DNA of 64,000 bases, from the NCBI GenBank assembly GCA_001662655.1, contig KV460206.1; one strand, 5' to 3'. The notes below the pieces were generated by a model. The model saw only the letters and a program-made list of their open reading frames with translations, did no database searches and was not told the DNA's origin. Every line of letters starts with the position of its first letter. Positions within the stretch are counted from its first letter, which is position 1. This stretch comes from Pseudogymnoascus verrucosus (Eukaryota). Made by a program: the position numbers and the translations under genes. Below, in pieces: positions 45,522-56,912 of this stretch.

Positions 45522-48158
45522 CTACAACCCCCTCTCATCCATCCACTTCAACCTAATCCCCACCGCCCTCCTATGCGCCTCTAGCTCCTCCACCTTTGCC
45601 AGCTGCATCACCGCGCCGCCTACATTCCTCAGCCCCTGTGCCGTTAGGTTGGAGCTGGTGATGTGCTTGACGTATGATCCGAGGTTCACACCTGAATACT
45701 GCTTGGCGTAGCCATATGTGGCTGTCACAGTCAGCATCGTTCAATCACAGGGACATTGCTCGATCACAAACTTACGCAAAGAATGGTTGACACCAGCCGA
45801 ATAATCACCAACGCTCTCTGGCGTCCACTCGCCTACAAACACACTACCAGCATTCTCAACAAGGTCGACAGCAGCCGCAGCATCCTTGATCTGGAGAATT
45901 AGATGCTCTGGCGCATAATCATTTGAAAGCCTCATTGCCTCCTCAAGACTTTTCACGACGAGCGTGACAGAGTGGGCAATGGCGCCGCGCACAATATCCA
46001 CCCTCGGCAAGGCGATAGCCTGCTCGTGCAGAGCATCTTCAATCGCCTTCAACTCAGTCTCCGACAGGTCAATCGCAATTAGGATGACCTGGCTATCGAC
46101 GCCGTGCTCGGCTTGCGACAGGAGATCAGACGCAACAAACGCAGGGTTGGCAGACTTATCAGCCACAACAAGAACCTCAGACGGTCCAGCAGGCATGTCG
46201 ATGCTGACGCCCGCATTGGTGTCATTGCTAACGTGCATCTTCGCAGCCGTGACAAACTGGTTTCCTGGTCCAAGGATCTTATCGACCTTTGGCACACTCT
46301 CCGTTCCATACGCCATCGCAGCGACGGCTTGCGCACCGCCAGCAAGCACAATGCACTCAGCTCCCACCTTGTGGGCAGCGTAAATCACCTCAGGTGTGAT
46401 ACTACCGTCAGCACGCGGCGGGGTCGCCATGACAATTCTCTTGCATCCTGCGACCATGGCCGGCACACCCAACATCAGAGCGGTGCTGGGCAACACGGCA
46501 GTTCCACCTGGAACGTACAGACCAACCCGCTCAATCGGGCGCACAAATCTGCTGCAGATGATCCCTGGCATCGTCTCGACCTCCAGAGGCTTATCTTCCT
46601 TCTGCGCGGCGTGGAATTTGCGGATGTTCTCAAACGAGATGTCAATCGCGTCAATGGTCTCCTGTGGAAGGTTCATCATCGATTGCGGGAATGGCGCTCT
46701 AAGAATTGGCGATGTAAGGGAGGTGGCTTTCTCGAATTTGTGGGTGTACTCCAAAACAGCAGCATCTCCTCTCGTCCGCACTGCCGTGATAATAGGGTTA
46801 ACAATTCCCATAATCATATCGTTGGACTTCTGCGACGGACGCTGAAGCACGTCCAGCAGCTCCTTTTCAGAAATCTGAGAAGCGTCGTATCGCTTCATCA
46901 GGATTGGCCCGTCCTCCTTCTTCACCTCAGCGGGAGCCTTGGCTGCCTCCTTCGGCTGCGCAACAGCAATCCCCTCCTTCGCCGCCCACTGTCCCTTTGC
47001 GTCACCCTGCCTTCTCTTGACCTTGACACTCTTGGCATCCAGACTTGTCTCAATGTCTGCCAACGTCACGCCAGCAGCGACAGCCTTTGTGAGGGCAAAA
47101 TAAATCAAATCCGCCGCCTCAAAGGCAATCTCCTCCTTCGTTTTCGCGTCGCACAGCTCTTCCGCCTCCTCCATAATCTTTGCCCGCAACAATTTCTCGT
47201 CCGAGAACAGACGCGCCGTGTATGATCCCTCTGGAGCTGAGATCTTCCTCGACTGCAAAGTCTTCTCAAGTTTGGAGATCCCCCCCAACTCCCCAAAGCA
47301 TGTCGGCTGTGGTAGGTGGCAGAATCCCCTTCCCTTCTGCCTCACGACAAACTTCAAGCAGTCCTGATCACAATCCAGCGACAATCTGACAAGCTCCTGT
47401 GTATCCCCCGAACTAGCTCCCTTGTACCATAACCCACGCTTTCGGCTCTGATAAACCCCCGTGCTTGTCCTCAGCGATTCTGAAATGCTCTCCTGGCTGC
47501 TGTATACCAATCCCAGTGCAACCCCTTTCTCGTCAGTGACAACGGTCGGGATCAACTTATCGGCCCTGTCGCTCGCCCATTGCGACCCAATTATCGCTGG
47601 AACAGACAACTTCCCATCCGTATCCTTATTCTCCATCGTCAACGCCGTCGCTGGCACGATTGGCACAACTCCCAACTCCTGTGCGATAGTCACGGTCTCC
47701 TGTGCCTTTGATTCCTCTGGTGTAACCAGGAAAACTGGTGACGTCTTCTGGTCGACAAAGCTCTTCAGAAGTGCTTTTGACGCAGCAGCATCTCCTTCGA
47801 AATCAATCAAAGCGCCTCCAGCGGGCACTTTCGATGCAGCGCTTGTTGCTACCAGGCCGATACGGTCGCCATATTTCTCCAGCGACGCTGCTTGCTCCTC
47901 CTTGACAAAAACGCAGCGTGCGCCGGCATCCAGAAGGCTCAAGATATCCGATTCTTCAAGAGCGGCGGCATTGACAAATGTTCGTACAGCAGTGTGTCCC
48001 TGGAGGAATCCAAAGACCAAGTCGAACGTCTCGTTTTTGGCGACGAAGAAGATGCTTCCCAGATGGCTGAGTTGCTTTCGGGGCAGGCCAGTCTCAAAGT
48101 ACGGCTGGGACGCAAGATCCAGCGAGGGAACGAGAGGAAGCGGAAGTGTCGTCTCCAT
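45522..48158 (-). CDS. HIS4: Trifunctional histidine biosynthesis protein
   Basis: SRKRGLWYKG…DCDQD cyclohydrolase, EEAEEL pyrophosphohydrolase and histidinol dehydrogenase (DMPAGPSE, SQAEHG, GDYSAGVNH) domains; one 3' intron. Confidence 0.97.
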
Positions 48159-48563
48159 CTTGCAGAATGGCGTGTTGACAGTGAGTCGCAATTGAACGTC
48201 TTTTGTGATCCCTTCAACAAATTATGACTGATCCGTCACCGGCGGCGGGGCGGATGGTGGGGTAGCACAATACTCCTGGACTGGCTTATCGGTTGTGGGC
48301 CCACCGGCGATTCGTTTCTCCGCATCGCCGAAATCCAGAAGTGAGGTCGCGTTCACATCTTGCGACAAGCCAATCCGCCCAAGCACCAAACATATCATCA
48401 ACGGACTCTCACTGCCGTCAGGTGAATACAACACTTCAAGCAAGACATCCCGCCACCTGCGAAGTAGGGGAGTTGGCGCACCGACCTCATTGGAAGCTCC
48501 AACTACCACAATCTTCAACCTCATTCAAGCACCCCAATACCATCACCGACCTCACTCTCCACC

Positions 48564-49286
48564 ATGGAAGCCCAAACCAACGGCGTCGCCACGCCCTCCG
48601 TGCCAACGCAAGCTGCTCGCAGCCTCCCCACGCCACCACCTCTCCCACTCCCGTCGCATCCAACGGTCTCTACCCAGATCCCCGGCTACGACAAGCGCCC
48701 TCGCGACGCGCGCCTCATTCACCTCCTCCTCACATCGCTCGGCATCTCTGCCTACCAGGAGCGCGTGCCACTCCAGCTCCTCGACTTTGCCTACCGCCAT
48801 ACCTCGGCTATCCTGGCCGATGCCCTCCACCTCTCCTCCGACGCGTACATCTCCCAGCAGAATCGCGCGCGCGACCCTCCCGCCGGCAGCAACCTGCGCG
48901 ACGCCGATGGCCAGGTCAGCATGGGCGCCGTGCAGCTCGCGATTCAGAGTCGCCTACAATACCAACTCAGCTCGGGGGGGACAAGTAAGGAATTCTTGAT
49001 GGAGGTCGCGGAGGCGAGGAATAAGATTCGGCTGCCAGCTGTGGGACAGACAGAGTGGGGTGTCAGGTTGCCCAATGAGAAGTTTGTGTTGACGGGCGTG
49101 CCGTGGGGTGTCAAGGAGGTGTGGGAGAAGGATGACAGTGAGGATGAGGAGGCGAATGAAACGGAAGATGTGAAGATGGAGGATGGAGGTGAGGATGAGG
49201 AGGTGTTTGGGGAGGATGTGGAGGGTGGCACGTTTGATGATGTCTTTGGTTCTACCGAGGATCAGGAGATGGGTGAGGGCGCATAG
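48564..49286 (+). CDS. TAF9: TFIID/SAGA subunit 9
   Basis: RPRDARLIHLLL…YQERVPLQLLDFAYR histone fold; RN.I.LP…GVRLP.EKF.LTG; acidic tail. Confidence 0.93.
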   Translation: MEAQTNGVATPSVPTQAARSLPTPPPLPLPSHPTVSTQIPGYDKRPRDARLIHLLLTSLGISAYQERVPLQLLDFAYRHTSAILADALHLSSDAYISQQNRARDPPAGSNLRDADGQVSMGAVQLAIQSRLQYQLSSGGTSKEFLMEVAEARNKIRLPAVGQTEWGVRLPNEKFVLTGVPWGVKEVWEKDDSEDEEANETEDVKMEDGGEDEEVFGEDVEGGTFDDVFGSTEDQEMGEGA

Positions 49287-49610
49287 ATTGGGAGATGGTG
49301 GCGTTTGGGCATTGATGGCGTTACGGGGTGCAGGGGTGAATACCAAAGATGGCAATAGTCTTGCTGGGAGTAGGATGTCTGGTGGATAAAATTCCAAAGA
49401 TAGGAATCGTCCTGCTGGGACTAGGATGTCCCGTGGATAATACAACAAGAACATCAAAGCATTTAATTGTCTAACCTCAAGAATATGCGTCTACCCATGA
49501 CATAGCACACAGTGATGGCACATCTCATTTCCCAATCATAGATCCTGCTCATTTACAAGCACCATCTCTACCCAATTCTTCTAATCTCGCTCTCCGCCAA
49601 TTCAAACACC

Positions 49611-50339
49611 TTACTCAGTATTCAACCTCCACAACCCATCTCCCAAGAAATGCGCCTCCTCCACCACCGGTCCCTTGCCCACTTCCTCCACCTCCTTCGT
49701 GCCAACCGTCAACAATCCCACGGCACATGCCTCCTCCTTCCCCTCCGCTGCCACCACCACCGGAGCACCCTTCTCCAGATGCTCTCCTGCTGCGCCCCAC
49801 TCCTCTCCATCATCTCCTGGCAACCTGCCGCCGTCGCTTGTGATTCCAGGTGCCATCAGTGTTGCGCCGGACAGCACAAAGCGGATTGCGCCGCGGTCGA
49901 TCCGTATGCGTGGGAAGGCTTGAGGGAAGCGGTGGACGAGCTTGAGGTGAGGAAGTAGGGGATCGGTCATGTGTTGGAAGAATACGGGTTCGCCGTTGAT
50001 GAGGTAGAGGGTTACTCTCTCAGGGCTGTAGTGTGTCAGTGTCAGATTTTCTGATTGAATGGGTCGATGTCGTAACGGGTTGTGAGGTCGACGTCGAGAT
50101 GGAGATGAGGAAGGGTAGAACTAACATCTTCATAGCATCCAACTGCTCCTTCTTTGGCACAACCTCATCGATATATGGCGTAAGAAGCGGGTAGGTTGTG
50201 CATAGTTGCGTCCTCAGCGCGCGCTGAATGGACGACTTGACCTTCGACTTGGAGCCGGGTGAGATGCTTTCGAGATGTTAGCTGATCTGCCTCATTGCAC
50301 GCTGCGAAGCTGTTTCGTAACATACTCTTTCTTAAACAT
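49611..50339 (-). CDS. TMA20: Translation machinery-associated protein 20 (MCTS1, PUA domain), multi-exon
   Basis: MFKK…KVKSSIQR…PHLKLVHRFP…DRGAIRFVLSGA.LMAPG…HFLGDGLW. Confidence 0.93.
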
Positions 50340-50621
50340 CGTGATGGCTGGTTTGGGGTTGTTGTGAGGTCGTGTGGGTTGGTGAGGGATGTGTTGTGTT
50401 GTGCTGGTTTGACCCCGCGATCGTTGCCCCTCGTTTAGCGTGGTTGGTGGAAGGCATGGCTTTTGGTGGGGCAGATGGAGATGTGGGATGGCAATTTCAT
50501 GGACAGGTTACTCTATACACATATAAAAGATTCGAGCATAGGACAAGAATTGATAATTTTTTACTTTATTTTATTTCACTTTACATATATCCTTCGCGGC
50601 TCAGTTTCCCGGATATCCTAT

Positions 50622-50974
50622 CTATCCCTGGGTAACCTGGCGCACCGTCCCATCCTTCCCAAGGTGGACATTCAACCTATTTCTCTCCAGTCAGCCTTCG
50701 TCGCAGAGCATCGAGCTGGCCGTACTCACCTATTCTCTTGGAAGTCCAAGGCCGCGGGCTGGCCCTCGGGGATGATCCGTGTGTTCTCGGGCAGGTCGGA
50801 CATTGCGAAAGTCTGCGTGGCAAGTCAGTGATGGATTCTCCCCCGGAGGCACACATATCTGGCACTCACAGTTACACTGTTCTCGTCTCCAATCGTCTTT
50901 CCCATCAGCCTGTTCGTCCAGTCTTGAGTCTGAGGCACCACATCCCCTGAGATCTGTGGGGCAACGAGAGGCAT
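50622..50974 (-). CDS. Small peptidase inhibitor I78-like protein, 3 exons
   Basis: Spliced: MPLVAPQI…WTNRLMGKTIGD…FAMSDLPENTRII…LDFQENRLNVHLGKDGTVRQVTQG. Confidence 0.75.
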
Positions 50975-51380
50975 TCTGGCTGCGGTAGTTGCGTGGAGAG
51001 GTCGAGTTTGAAGGTTTTGGGATTTAGTGTAAGTGAGTATTTCGATATTTGTAGACACCTTTTCGAATATACGACTATTTACGAGAGAAAGAGGCGGGGA
51101 TAGGGTGGGCAAGTATTTAAAGTCGAGGGCGTCTAGAGAGGCGTAGAGCATGTGGAGGATGATGATAGTGATGACGTATGTCCACACAGCTTGATTTCTC
51201 TCACCACAGTCGGCCTCGATGATGCGGACCGACAGTCCCGACCAATGAAGTGTTCGCGGATGGGAGATGCACGTCTAGTTTATCATAGAATATATAGAAT
51301 ATATCTAGAATTAATGAATGATGAATAGATTCGATTCTCCTCACGTGTATTACACGTAGACTATAGAGCGTGCAATCTAT

Positions 51381-51753
51381 CTAGCCACGGCTTACACCAA
51401 GGACGGTTCCATCTTGAGCGAGGTAGATATTGAACCTGTATTCTCGTCAGCTCAGCACCTAAAATAAGCTCTTCTCATATTGACCTGTCCCGGCAGTATT
51501 CCAGAGTGTATGCGCAGTTATACGATATAATGCGCTGGACCGATGGCAGGTCGAACTTTGCAAAGGTCTGTAGAAGGTGGTTAGTGGGCAATACTGCAAA
51601 GGCCAAGGCGCAAGTCTGACAGTTGGCATCGGTCTTCTCTCCAAGCTTCTTTCCTTTCAGTTTATCATTCCATTCTTCGACCTCGTGGTCCACAGGAGGC
51701 ACATTCACGGGACGTGCGTCCTCTGGGTCAGCATCGTAAACAGCGTGAGGCAT
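51381..51753 (-). CDS. Second, divergent I78-like paralogue, 3 exons
   Basis: Spliced: …WNDKLKGKKLGE…FAKFDLPSVQRII…TLEYCRDRFNIYLAQDGTVLGVSRG; same intron positions as neighbour. Confidence 0.7.
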
Positions 51754-52975
51754 TCTGGCTACTGTGGCAGCGAGCTTGAGGTTTGGTTATATTGAATACG
51801 TTGGTGGTTCCTAGAGGGGGAAGGAGAGAAGGGAGTGTCTTCAAAACAGCATTTTATAGTCGCTGTTAGTGTAGGAACATCGGCTGTCTGAATAGAGTCA
51901 CACCGCGGAAGCTTGTATAGTCGCAGGACCGGACCTGAGCTTCATATCTTCCTAGTTGGGAATTATACGTAAATCAAGGGATGAAGCAGGGACGCATCGC
52001 ACAATGACGACGTTGTTTCTTCGGCGTGTTTTCTCTACTGAGTGAGGAATGACTGGTCTTCATGTTCATCGTAAGAGTTTTGGTCTTATAAATGCATCTC
52101 GCCGGCTTGTCCCTACCACATCTATCACATCTTCAATCTTCACATGTCGTCGTCGCTCTCTGTCTCATGTTCTCAGCCTTGCGACGTTGGTGTGTGGACA
52201 ACAAAGTGGGTGGTAGGTGGTGAGTGGTGGGGAGATGGCTGCCGACGCCAATCCCAATCTGGCGATCTCGCTTCGGCATCCACCGCCTGTCTCAGCCACA
52301 TCCATGCCAGCCACCCGAAACGTCAGCCTCTGGGGCTGTGCTGTGCTAAGCTGCTTACACCTTACCTCGAAATTCGTCGGCCGAAAGTTATGAGGCAAGG
52401 GGAACAAACGCAGTGATAATTTGTGTTTTCCTCATCCCACGGCTGTTCAAACCTTGATATTTCATAGTTCATATTTCAACCTTCTCTATTGAAATCTCCC
52501 CCCCTCTAACCCACAAAATCATATGACTTACATCACATGACTTTATCTTGACACTGACACTGACAGGAAACATCCTGCTGACATCGTTGACATCGGTCGC
52601 GAAACCCTTTGTGCAGGACTCCACTCCCACCCCAGCCGTCATCTGATTGGCCATCACCACAAGTCTTACACTCCCCCGTCAGCGCGGTCCTAAAATACAT
52701 TTCGTGGTTACGAGGCCCTCAATCTTCTCCTTTTCAGCTCTTTCCCATACTTTCTCTCCAACTGCCGGTCATCTGTTTGCCATTTATCCTGTCGTCACGA
52801 TATGGGATTATAGCAGTCTCGGAGTTCTCCTCGCCGTTTACACAGCTGCATCCTCCTCAAAAGGGCCTCACCCTCGGACCCATCGGCGGTGATTGACTCT
52901 GAAACGAAAACTGTCCGCGAGGCTGCCTCGATTCATACACATCAACCTTCATAACCCACGACCTCACACATCACA

Positions 52976-53776
52976 ATGCGCGGAGCCTCTATAATTGCGG
53001 CTGTGGCCACGGCCCTGCTCCTTCCCCTCGCGTCCGCCATACCCCAAATAACCGCCATTCCCACCGTTGCTCCTCGTCGCGCTCAAGAGGGCGCAGTGAC
53101 CATTGCAACCGTCCCGGTCGTCACTGCCTTGGCCCAGGAAGCCACTTCCCTCACCTGCCTCAAGACCGAGATAATCGACACAACCGAGTGTGCGACCTAC
53201 ACCAACGAGGCCGGCTCGCCGACATCCACACAGTGCCAGCCCACTACCACCGAATCGATCGGCTGCAATGACGGCCTCATCTGCTCCAAGGACTCCAAGG
53301 GCCTCACCCTCTGCATGAAGTCCCAACCCCCTGACCTCGCCGGCATCATTGTCTCTGGCTGCCTCTCCGCCGCCTTCTGCGCCATGTTCGGCTCCGTCCT
53401 CTTCATGTGCTGCCGCACCCGCTCCCGCAACCGCCTCGCCGAGAAGCAACGTGAGGCTATGCTCATCGCCAGCGGCTCCAAGCTCGGCGCCTCAGCCAGT
53501 GAGGCGCACCTCCCGCTCATGCAGCCGCAGGTCGCGCAAGCAGGGCATGGTCGCGACGTCTCTGCTGATTACGGCGCCCCGAGAGGGTATGGCAGGCCTA
53601 ACTCGCGCCGGGCGTCGCCGAGTGGGAGTCCGTTCCGGGATGTGTCAGCCAGCCGTGGTTCCAATGTTTTGACGAAGTCGCCACCGCCAGGGTCGGGAGA
53701 CGTGGGGTTGAACACTGAGGCGAGGAACCCGTTGAATATGGATGATAACGATATTGGGTACAACAGGCACTCTTGA
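52976..53776 (+). CDS. Uncharacterised single-pass membrane protein
   Basis: Signal peptide, small Cys/Thr-rich ectodomain, one hydrophobic helix followed by CCRTRSR, disordered tail. Confidence 0.75.
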   Translation: MRGASIIAAVATALLLPLASAIPQITAIPTVAPRRAQEGAVTIATVPVVTALAQEATSLTCLKTEIIDTTECATYTNEAGSPTSTQCQPTTTESIGCNDGLICSKDSKGLTLCMKSQPPDLAGIIVSGCLSAAFCAMFGSVLFMCCRTRSRNRLAEKQREAMLIASGSKLGASASEAHLPLMQPQVAQAGHGRDVSADYGAPRGYGRPNSRRASPSGSPFRDVSASRGSNVLTKSPPPGSGDVGLNTEARNPLNMDDNDIGYNRHS

Positions 53777-56700
53777 GTGGGTGGCTGAGAGGCTGCGAGG
53801 GGGTTGGGATATTAGAGGGGTGTATATGAATTCGGGATATTTTTGCTAGAGGAAGTGGAACTGCTGCGGCCTTCCATTTGAGCGCATCAGGGGGGTTTTT
53901 GTTTGCTATATGGAGGTTATTTCTATACCACGTGGAATCCAAAATCGCCTTGTGCCAACGAGGGTACAGTCTGAGAAACTAATGTGTGCTCAATGATATA
54001 TCCACACTTCAATTTTCATTGTTATTGAATTGCTGTTTCGTTCTACCTCGCCCTTGAACACTTTCTAGGGAAGCTACTCTTACACGTCAAATCATCTTCC
54101 CAACCCAACCCCACAGCCAAGACTTACCCCACGACCAGCATAAACATCCCTTACATCCCGCCGCTACTGCACCACCACTTCTTGCTAATCAGCCGCCCCC
54201 CTTCCCCTCTAATACTCCCGTCGCTCCGATGTCTACGGCGATTTCGTGGGCTTAGAGGCGGTGCCACTGGCCTCAATGGTCGCCACGTCGGATATCAACG
54301 GTAACGTAGAGTCCATTCCCTGAGTCTGAGATTAAACCTTTGGCTAGGACACAGATGAATGACTACAGTGGACAAGATGGTTGTCAATTGGATCCAGATC
54401 CGGCTGCAGAGCAACTCCGAGTACCGGACCGACAACATCCGTTTCTGGTACTACGTCAAGCCTTGAGATATTCGCCATACTTGCTGCTTTTCCTTGCCTT
54501 TGTGGAGCGGGAGAGAGGAGGAGGCTTCCATTCTCGTCAAGAAATTGACAAACGTAATCTATGTCGGTGACAGCAGGTTTTGGTGGTGGCTTGGGGGCTG
54601 TGGATATAGCGTGGAATTATGATAACATAGACTGCCTACATCCACACCTTGATGGCTGGATGTCTTCGGATGACATGTGCATCTAGGGATCCAACAAATA
54701 CGGTCTACCATGTGCTTCTATCACCAGTCATAGTTCCAACACTCTAGTGGCGAAGCTGTGTAGATCTCCAACATCGTTTCATTATGTTCTAGAAAACATG
54801 GCCTCCATACGATGTTCACGTTGAACTTATGGTATCACATTATTACCAGCCTCTGCAAGACTTGTCTAAAGGGGGACAAATAGTACGAATAGTTGCAGGC
54901 ATTCCAACAAGCGCAATCGCTTTTGTAAGGTCCAACAATCGAGCGTTGTTGGCCACAGGCTCTCGGAACCGTCGGGGCTGTGCCGGCCCAGGCAACAGTG
55001 GGAAACGACAGCGGCCAACGCCGCTTTGTCCCTGACGAGTGTTCCCCCAACATCTAGATCGTGCGACGACTCCGATCGTGATGCCAGATCTAGAGTAGCA
55101 CAATATGCTGAGACTACCTCTGCATTTTAGCGCGTGAAGGGTGCCTAGAACCTCATACAAGTAGGTACAAATCCGATTTGCGGATTCTCGGTGTGTAATC
55201 TTTGGAGAAAAATCGGTTGGCTTGATGCCGTCGTTCAGATCTGCAGGCTGGGTCACAATGGCCTGCAAATCTGGGAATGGGAATGTCTTGTGGCCGAACA
55301 TATACAGGCAGATGCTATGCGCTAAAAATTAAACTGCAGACAGGCTGAGAACGGACTGCATTCCACTTAATTATGCCATGTCCCGCCAAAGAGCCATCGC
55401 AAAATGTAACTATCTATGCAAGGCAATGGAATGGGCGTATAGCGGTCAAGAGACCATCCACTGCCAGGGAACTTTCGGCTAGCTGCTATGGCCACGCGCC
55501 ACAGGGGGGATCTCTAAAATTTTCCAAATCCTGGGGTTCAACAAGAACAGAGCAGGGAACCTCTCCTCCCATTGCTTGAGTATTTACCAATGTGGGGTTT
55601 GGTTGTTGGTTCCAGCGGTAAATCCTCCGCCCTGGGACTCCTGGCTGGCGCCGCTAAATCAAAAATGGGTGCCGGACGAGATAATCATCGGGATACAGTA
55701 AGCTGGAATCCATCCCACTGGGTAATAATGTGTCATGTTACCGCTAGGGCATGAGGATGGCTCGCTCAATATTGATAACAGTATACTCTTCATAGACCTG
55801 TATCTTGGAGACTTGCAAGCTCACAAACGGCTCCCAGCACGCTTGTGCAACAACATCAAACCATATGTAGGCGCAGATGCATTACAGCGCATTTGTACAT
55901 ACGGCCGATGTTGCGTTTGGTGCATAGGCGGCCCTAGAAAAGCCAACTTCAGGGGCCACCTCTCACTGGCATATCACCCTGTTGCCACTGTGCTCCATAT
56001 GGGCGCCGATGGCGCAGCGTTGCAGTGGCGGGAACCAGGAAGTCCACACCGGTTATGGTCGATCACCTTATCGCTTTGTCACCGAATGACTGGCCTGGCT
56101 GGCCAAGGCATCTTATAAAAGTGCCGTCCAATCCCCTCTTGCGCGTTGACACGGAGCTTGAAGGCCATTGCTGTGGAAGCCCTCTGGCAAAATCAGGCTG
56201 CGACTTATCTAACAAGGCTGACAAGTTCAACAACCTGTGCTCTCGACATCGACTGTGGCAAACCCAATTAGTACTATAGTCATTATTTTTCAAGAAGATT
56301 AAGGCCGAATTCTGTGGAATGTGACTCAACTAATAGTCCTGCATCAACGTTGGTTCCGGCCATCGTCGCCATTGTTCGGCCCTCAGTCTCGCTCAGCCGC
56401 TGGCCACCAACGAGGCCATAGATCTCACCAAGGGTTTATCACTCGAGAATTCCCCATCGTCAAAATCCACGCCAGTAATCCAATAAAACGACAAAAGTTG
56501 AAAAGAGGATAATACGCAAGAAGGAAATTAAGAGGAAGAGGGGATTCCTGCCTGAATATAAATTGTGGGTAGCTCGCATATCCCATTCGCGTAGAACCGG
56601 CAGTCTCACCCACCTTCAGGAGGGGAATATCCACCAAGGTAGCAAGCACAACATCCATACGTTCCTTCTTTCCTGCGTGTAACCAGCCCACTGAGACATA

Positions 56701-56912
56701 ACATTTGAATTCCCCAACGCGCCACAGATTTTTTCTTTCTTCTTTATCTGCCTCAATCTCTACTATCTCCCTTCGTCCGCGAGAAGACCTCTTTCATCAA
56801 CTCATGAATTGACTCTATAACAGCACTCTTACAGGAAGCCCGCTGGTCTCAACCGTCCCAATCAATAGCAGGAAAACTACTCATACCGCTGCCGTTTGGC
56901 AGCCCAATTGAA

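Noticed and set aside
46104..47225. 373-aa plus-strand ORF
   Set aside because: Antisense shadow of HIS4; no recognisable motifs.
48293..48999. Two ~230-aa ORFs overlapping TAF9
   Set aside because: Alternative frames of a GC-rich gene; low complexity.
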